A stretch of DNA of 64,000 bases from Macrostomum lignano (lineage: Eukaryota), in contig NIVC01002860.1 in assembly GCA_002269645.1 (NCBI GenBank), positions 70,575 through 134,574 of the forward strand, read 5' to 3'. The notes below the pieces were generated by a model that had not been told where the DNA came from, searched no databases, and saw only the letters and a list, made by a program, of their open reading frames with translations. The translations under genes and the position numbers were made by a program. Positions 59,957 through 64,000 of this stretch are shown here, piece after piece (the stretch's first letter is position 1; every line of letters starts with the position of its first letter).

Positions 59957-61269
59957 GCAAGTCATCTGGCCTGCTCTGATTGATGCAGCTCCCCAGCTCT
60001 GGTTTGGCCTCTGTGTTTCCCATTCTGGTGCTCTGCTGTTCTAAATTCTTCGAATGGTCGCTTCAAATTTTTGAGCTCATCAGCGGCTCAACCGCTTCAT
60101 CCTGATCTCCTCAGTGGGTCAACCGCTTCATCTTGAGCTTCTCGTTGGGTCAACCGCTTCATCTTGAGCTTCTCGTGGGTCAACCGCTTCATCTTGAGCT
60201 TCTTAGTGGATCAACCGCTTCATCCTGATCTCCTCAGTGCATGGGTCAACCGCTTCATCCTGATCTCCCCAGTGGGTCAACCGCTTCATCTTGAGCTTCT
60301 CGTTGGGTCAACCGCTTCATCTTGAGCTTCTCGTTGGGTCAACCGCTTCATCTTGAGCTTCTTAGTGGATCAACCGCTTCATCCTGATCTCCTCAGTGCA
60401 TGGGTCAACCGCTTCATCCTGATCTCCCCAGTGGGTCAACCGCTTCATCTTGAGCTTCTCGTTGGGTCAACCGCTTCATCTTGAGCTTCTTAGTGGGTCA
60501 ACCGCTTCATCCTGAGCTCCTTGGTGGATCAACCGCTTCATCCTGATCTCCTCAGTGCATGGGTCAACCGCTTCATCCTGATCTCCTCAGTGCATGGGTC
60601 AACCGCTTCATCTTGAGCTTCTTAGTGGGTCAACCGCTTCATCTTGAGCTTCTTAGTAGGCCAACCGCTTTATCCTGAGCTCCTCAGTGGGTCAACCGCT
60701 TCATCCTGATCTCCTCAGTGGATCAACCGCTTCATCCTGATGTCCTCAGTGGGTCAACCGCTTCATCTTGAGCTCATCAGTGGGTCAACCGCTTCATCCT
60801 GATCTCCTCAGTGGATCAACCGCTTCATCCTGATGTCCTCAGTGGGTCAACCGCTTCTTCTAGGAACTCCCAAGTCCCCCTAGTCGCCAGAGACTCTGTA
60901 CTCATTGCCATTAAACATTCACCTGGCCGCAGGCTCTGTGGCCCAACTGCCGCATCTGCACGGAGGGCTGCTACCAGTTCGAGCTGGACGGCGCGCCCTG
61001 GACTGCCGTCATCGGTGACGTGTCAGCCAGGGCTCGGCAGCTGCTGGTGCAGATCGTCCGGGAAGCCACCGGCCTCGGCTGGCAGCTGCTGCTGGCCACG
61101 CACACCAAGGACACCGACTGCTGCCTGTTCTTCCAGCACGTGGCTGAGAAGGTTGAGCTGCCGCAGCCGTTCCTCACCAATCAGACGTTCGCTGTTAGCC
61201 TGAAGGGCAAAGATATGCTGACTGTGATTGGCGCGCAGACTAACACACAGGAGTACATCATTCATAAGG

Positions 61270-61309
<40 letters not shown>

Positions 61310-62166
61310 CACCTGTCTCTAACTCTTGCCCCCCCTCCTCCTCAAAGGTGTCGCAGCTGTGGCGGCCGGGAGTGTCCCGCAGCGGTGTCACGGGCGGCAG
61401 CGCTGACTGCAGCTTCATGGCGCTGCAGCTGAAGGGCAGCCCGTGGTACTGCATCGGGGAGGAGAGCGCGCACGCCAGGCTGCTGGTGATGGGGCTGCTG
61501 GCCGCCCTGCGCAGCAAGGGCTGGCGACTGCTGAGCGCTGTGGAGCTGGCTCGCCGGTCCAACGACAAGGTGAGAGCTGCAGAGCGTAGAGTGCCTGGGG
61601 TGCTTTCAAAGGAGTTTTGGATTGTAACGTAGGAGATGGTGAAGTTTTTGGGTTCATTTGGGGTTGAAAACTTTGGGGATTGTGGAACTTCCCTGAGAGG
61701 ATCATATTTTCCCAACGCTCCCGCGCCCCTCAGGCCACGCTGGTGTTCGTGCGCGTCCCTGCGAGGAGCGGCCGCACTGCTGCGTGGCTCCGGTCAGCGC
61801 CAACCGGCTGTGGCTGCTGCAGGTGCCGTCAGACCTTCAGCAGGCCACCACGGAGCTGGTGAAGCAGAGCTACCAGTTCGGCGTGGAGGAGACTCGCGAG
61901 CGGCCGTCTTACTTGGAGCTGCGGCTGCGCCAGTCGCCTTGGGGCAGCGGCAAGAGCGGCATGGCCGGCCACGGCAGGCAGCTGATGCTGTGCGTGCTGG
62001 ACCTCTTCATGCGGCGCGCTGGCTGCCCGTCTGCTCCGTGGACGTGTCCTCGACATTCCACGACGACGACGACAGCTCGTACCCGCTGGACGTGCACAGC
62101 TGGTGGTTTGCCGGGCCGGCGGCGGCCACCCCCAGAGCTTCGAATTCGTTCAAGGGCCTGGCCTGA
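59447..62166 (+). CDS. Uncharacterised four-repeat-domain protein, putative N-myristoylated; join(59447..59956,60933..61268,61348..61569,61734..62166), ~500 aa after correcting two 1-nt deletions in exon 4
   Basis: GC3-rich exons, phase 0 at all three introns, MGNELS start, four internal repeats sharing P[WF]..A..LL..L...G[WF]..(S/T).D..L.F. Exon 4 needs two frameshifts (~61758, ~62018) to keep the repeat. Confidence 0.8.
60088..60856. repeat. Minisatellite, 30-35-bp GGTCAACCGCTTCATC(C/T)TGA.CT.CTC.GTG (intron 1 of four-repeat gene)
   Basis: Direct inspection. Confidence 0.9.
60933..61268 (+). CDS. Four-repeat protein exon 2
   Basis: ALWPNC..FELDGAPW..LGWQLLLAT..EYIIHK; phase 0/0. Confidence 0.82.
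61269..61308. repeat. (GTCT)n microsatellite at start of an 79-nt intron
   Basis: Direct inspection. Confidence 0.85.
61348..61569 (+). CDS. Four-repeat protein exon 3
   Basis: VSQLWRPG..LKGSPW..KGWRLLSAVELARRSNDK; donor GTGAGA. Confidence 0.82.
61734..62166 (+). CDS. Four-repeat protein exon 4 (contains two apparent 1-nt deletions)
   Basis: ATLVFVRV / CEERPHCCVAPVSANRLWLL..RQSPW..DLFMRR / WLPVCSVDVS..SWWF..KGLA-TGA, spread across three frames. Confidence 0.7.
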
Positions 62167-62455
62167 GCTGCGCTGAGCCTCCGGTGCTTCAGCGGCTTAT
62201 CTCTCACTCTGTCACTCCCGTTCTCTAATCTGGCGGCGCTTATCTGTAAACAAGCGCAGCGCTTTTCAACTGGCCGGAGCCATCTGGAGTTTTTTTATCG
62301 ATTCGCGATTGACTTGTAAATCAGATGCAGTTTGCCAGGCCGCTCTGAATTTCAGATTGGTTGCTAACGCTTGCGGCTCTGGTACTGAATTATTTAAACC
62401 AGATTCTAAGGACTTTACAGCTCTACGATTGTGGATAAGAAATTCGAGGGTTCAT

Positions 62456-63034
62456 AATAGCATGGATTGCTAATCTAGCCTATCACGGGTGCAGGAATAG
62501 AATGGATTGCTAATCTAGCCTATCATGGGTGCAGGAATAGCATGGATTGCTAATCTAGCCTATCATGGATGCAGGAATAGAATGGATTGCTAATCTAGCC
62601 TATCATGGGTGCAGGAATAGAATGGATTGCTAATCTAGCCTATCATGGGTGCAGGAATAGCATGGATTGCTAATCTAGCCTATCATGGTGCAGGAATAGA
62701 ATGGATTGCTAATCTAGCCTATCACGGGTGCAGGAATAGCATGGATTGCTAATCTAGCCTATCACGGGTGCAGGAATAGCATGGATTGCTAATCTAGCCT
62801 ATCATGGGTGCAGGAATAGAATGGTTTGCTAATCTAGCCTATCACGGGTGCAGGAATAGAATGGATTGCTAATCTAGCCTATCATGGATGCAGGAATAGA
62901 ATGGATTGCTAATCTAGCCTATCATGGGTGCAGGAATAGAATGGATTGCTAATCTAGCCTATCATGGATGCAGGAATAGAATGGATTGCTAATCTAGCCT
63001 ATCATGGGTGCAGGAATAGAATGGATTGCTAATC
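62456..63034. repeat. Minisatellite, 40-bp GAATGGATTGCTAATCTAGCCTATCATGGGTGCAGGAATA (~14 copies)
   Basis: Same unit as 9383-10109. Confidence 0.93.
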
Positions 63035-64000
63035 AAAGCGAATCATGAATGCATAGTAATTTTCAACATTTTGTAGTAATTTTTGAGCTCCACATTTATA
63101 AATTTGTTAATGTTTAATCGGAACAGTGCAATAGCAGGCCTCGTCTCGTGCAATTTTATTTCAGAATTCTGTTTTTGCATCGTTTTGTAAGCTGCGTTAA
63201 CTCGGAACCGGGCCTGCTCGGGCGATTCTGAAGTAGCACTTTTAAGCCAGTGCCAAGCCGTGTTACCCTGGTTGCAATACGCGTACTGCTGATAAGCGGG
63301 AGAGTTTTCTATTTGCTTGTTTGCTTTTGTTATAGTCAGCAATGTTTTTAAGTTTTTCTGTTGCTATATTAGCTTTAGAGCGGCGAGCTTTTCTTAGAAA
63401 TCCACATTTTCTACAATAAGATTAGAATTACAAAACTTTCTAGTGCCCTTTTTGGATTTAACAGTCGCATTATATGCAGTTGTGATAAATTGGCGACATC
63501 TAAAACTGTGGCAATTAAATCTTGTATCTTGTTTAAGCCTTCAGCCTATTTCCTTCTACATTTGTGTATGCTTACCTCTTTTTTGTTTGTTCTCTTTCAC
63601 CTTTCAGTATTTGCCGTGTGCTATGTTTCTTTTGATCTTTTAATCGCTTTTATCAACAGGGTTGATCGAATCGGAGAGAGGCGGGCACGGATTTGTTTGA
63701 ATCAAATATTGGACTGTTGTCTTTTTTAAGATAGCATCGAACATTGAATTTAAACAAATCCGAATTTCCAGGTTCGAATTTCTGAAAACTTTGACGATCT
63801 TTTTTACGCCGAGTGACTGAAAAGTTAACCTGCTGTAAATATATACACGTCAAGACCAAGGACACTGTAGTATAACAACGTAAAACTGAAACATTTTCAT
63901 CACAAATCAATGATTGCATTTGATCTGGGCCAGTGAAGATTAGCATTGTCTCAATTTGCATACACAACACGTTACTCTGTTGTATTTTATATAGTTGTGC

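Noticed and set aside
63043-63970. Two ~100-aa minus-strand ORFs at the window end (possible exons or transposon remnant)
   Set aside because: No recognisable motif and no consistent splice model within the window; needs blastx and flanking sequence.

Overview
Eukaryotic (metazoan) genomic DNA, not prokaryotic: I see no rRNA, tRNA, CRISPR array or transposase. Three spliced genes can be built by hand, with intron phases matching at every junction. (1) A 16-exon + strand neurexin (10436-46038, 1332 aa): signal peptide, LNS2-LNS3-EGF-LNS4-LNS5-EGF-LNS6, stalk/Cys-loop, TM, and a cytoplasmic tail ending KEWYV. It apparently lacks LNS1-EGF1 and carries a ~52-aa Arg-rich insert in LNS6. (2) A convergent 4-exon - strand class I phosphatidylinositol transfer protein (57917-48096, 280 aa). 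(3) Divergent from PITP, a 4-exon + strand uncharacterised protein (59447-62166, ~500 aa) with an N-myristoylation-like start and four tandem copies of one ~100-aa domain; its first intron is GC-AG and exon 4 has two 1-nt frameshifts. Almost every intron and intergenic stretch is filled by its own minisatellite (units ~8-43 bp), and several repeat units contain splice-site or palindromic TF-site motifs. PITP intron 1 lies in an AT-rich block holding a ~2.2-kb foldback-like inverted repeat. GC3-rich exons with minisatellite-packed introns resemble the flatworm Macrostomum lignano (inference only). Most long ORFs in the supplied track are artefacts of tandem repeats. Family assignments come from remembered sequences, not database searches. 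Repeat boundaries and copy numbers are approximate.
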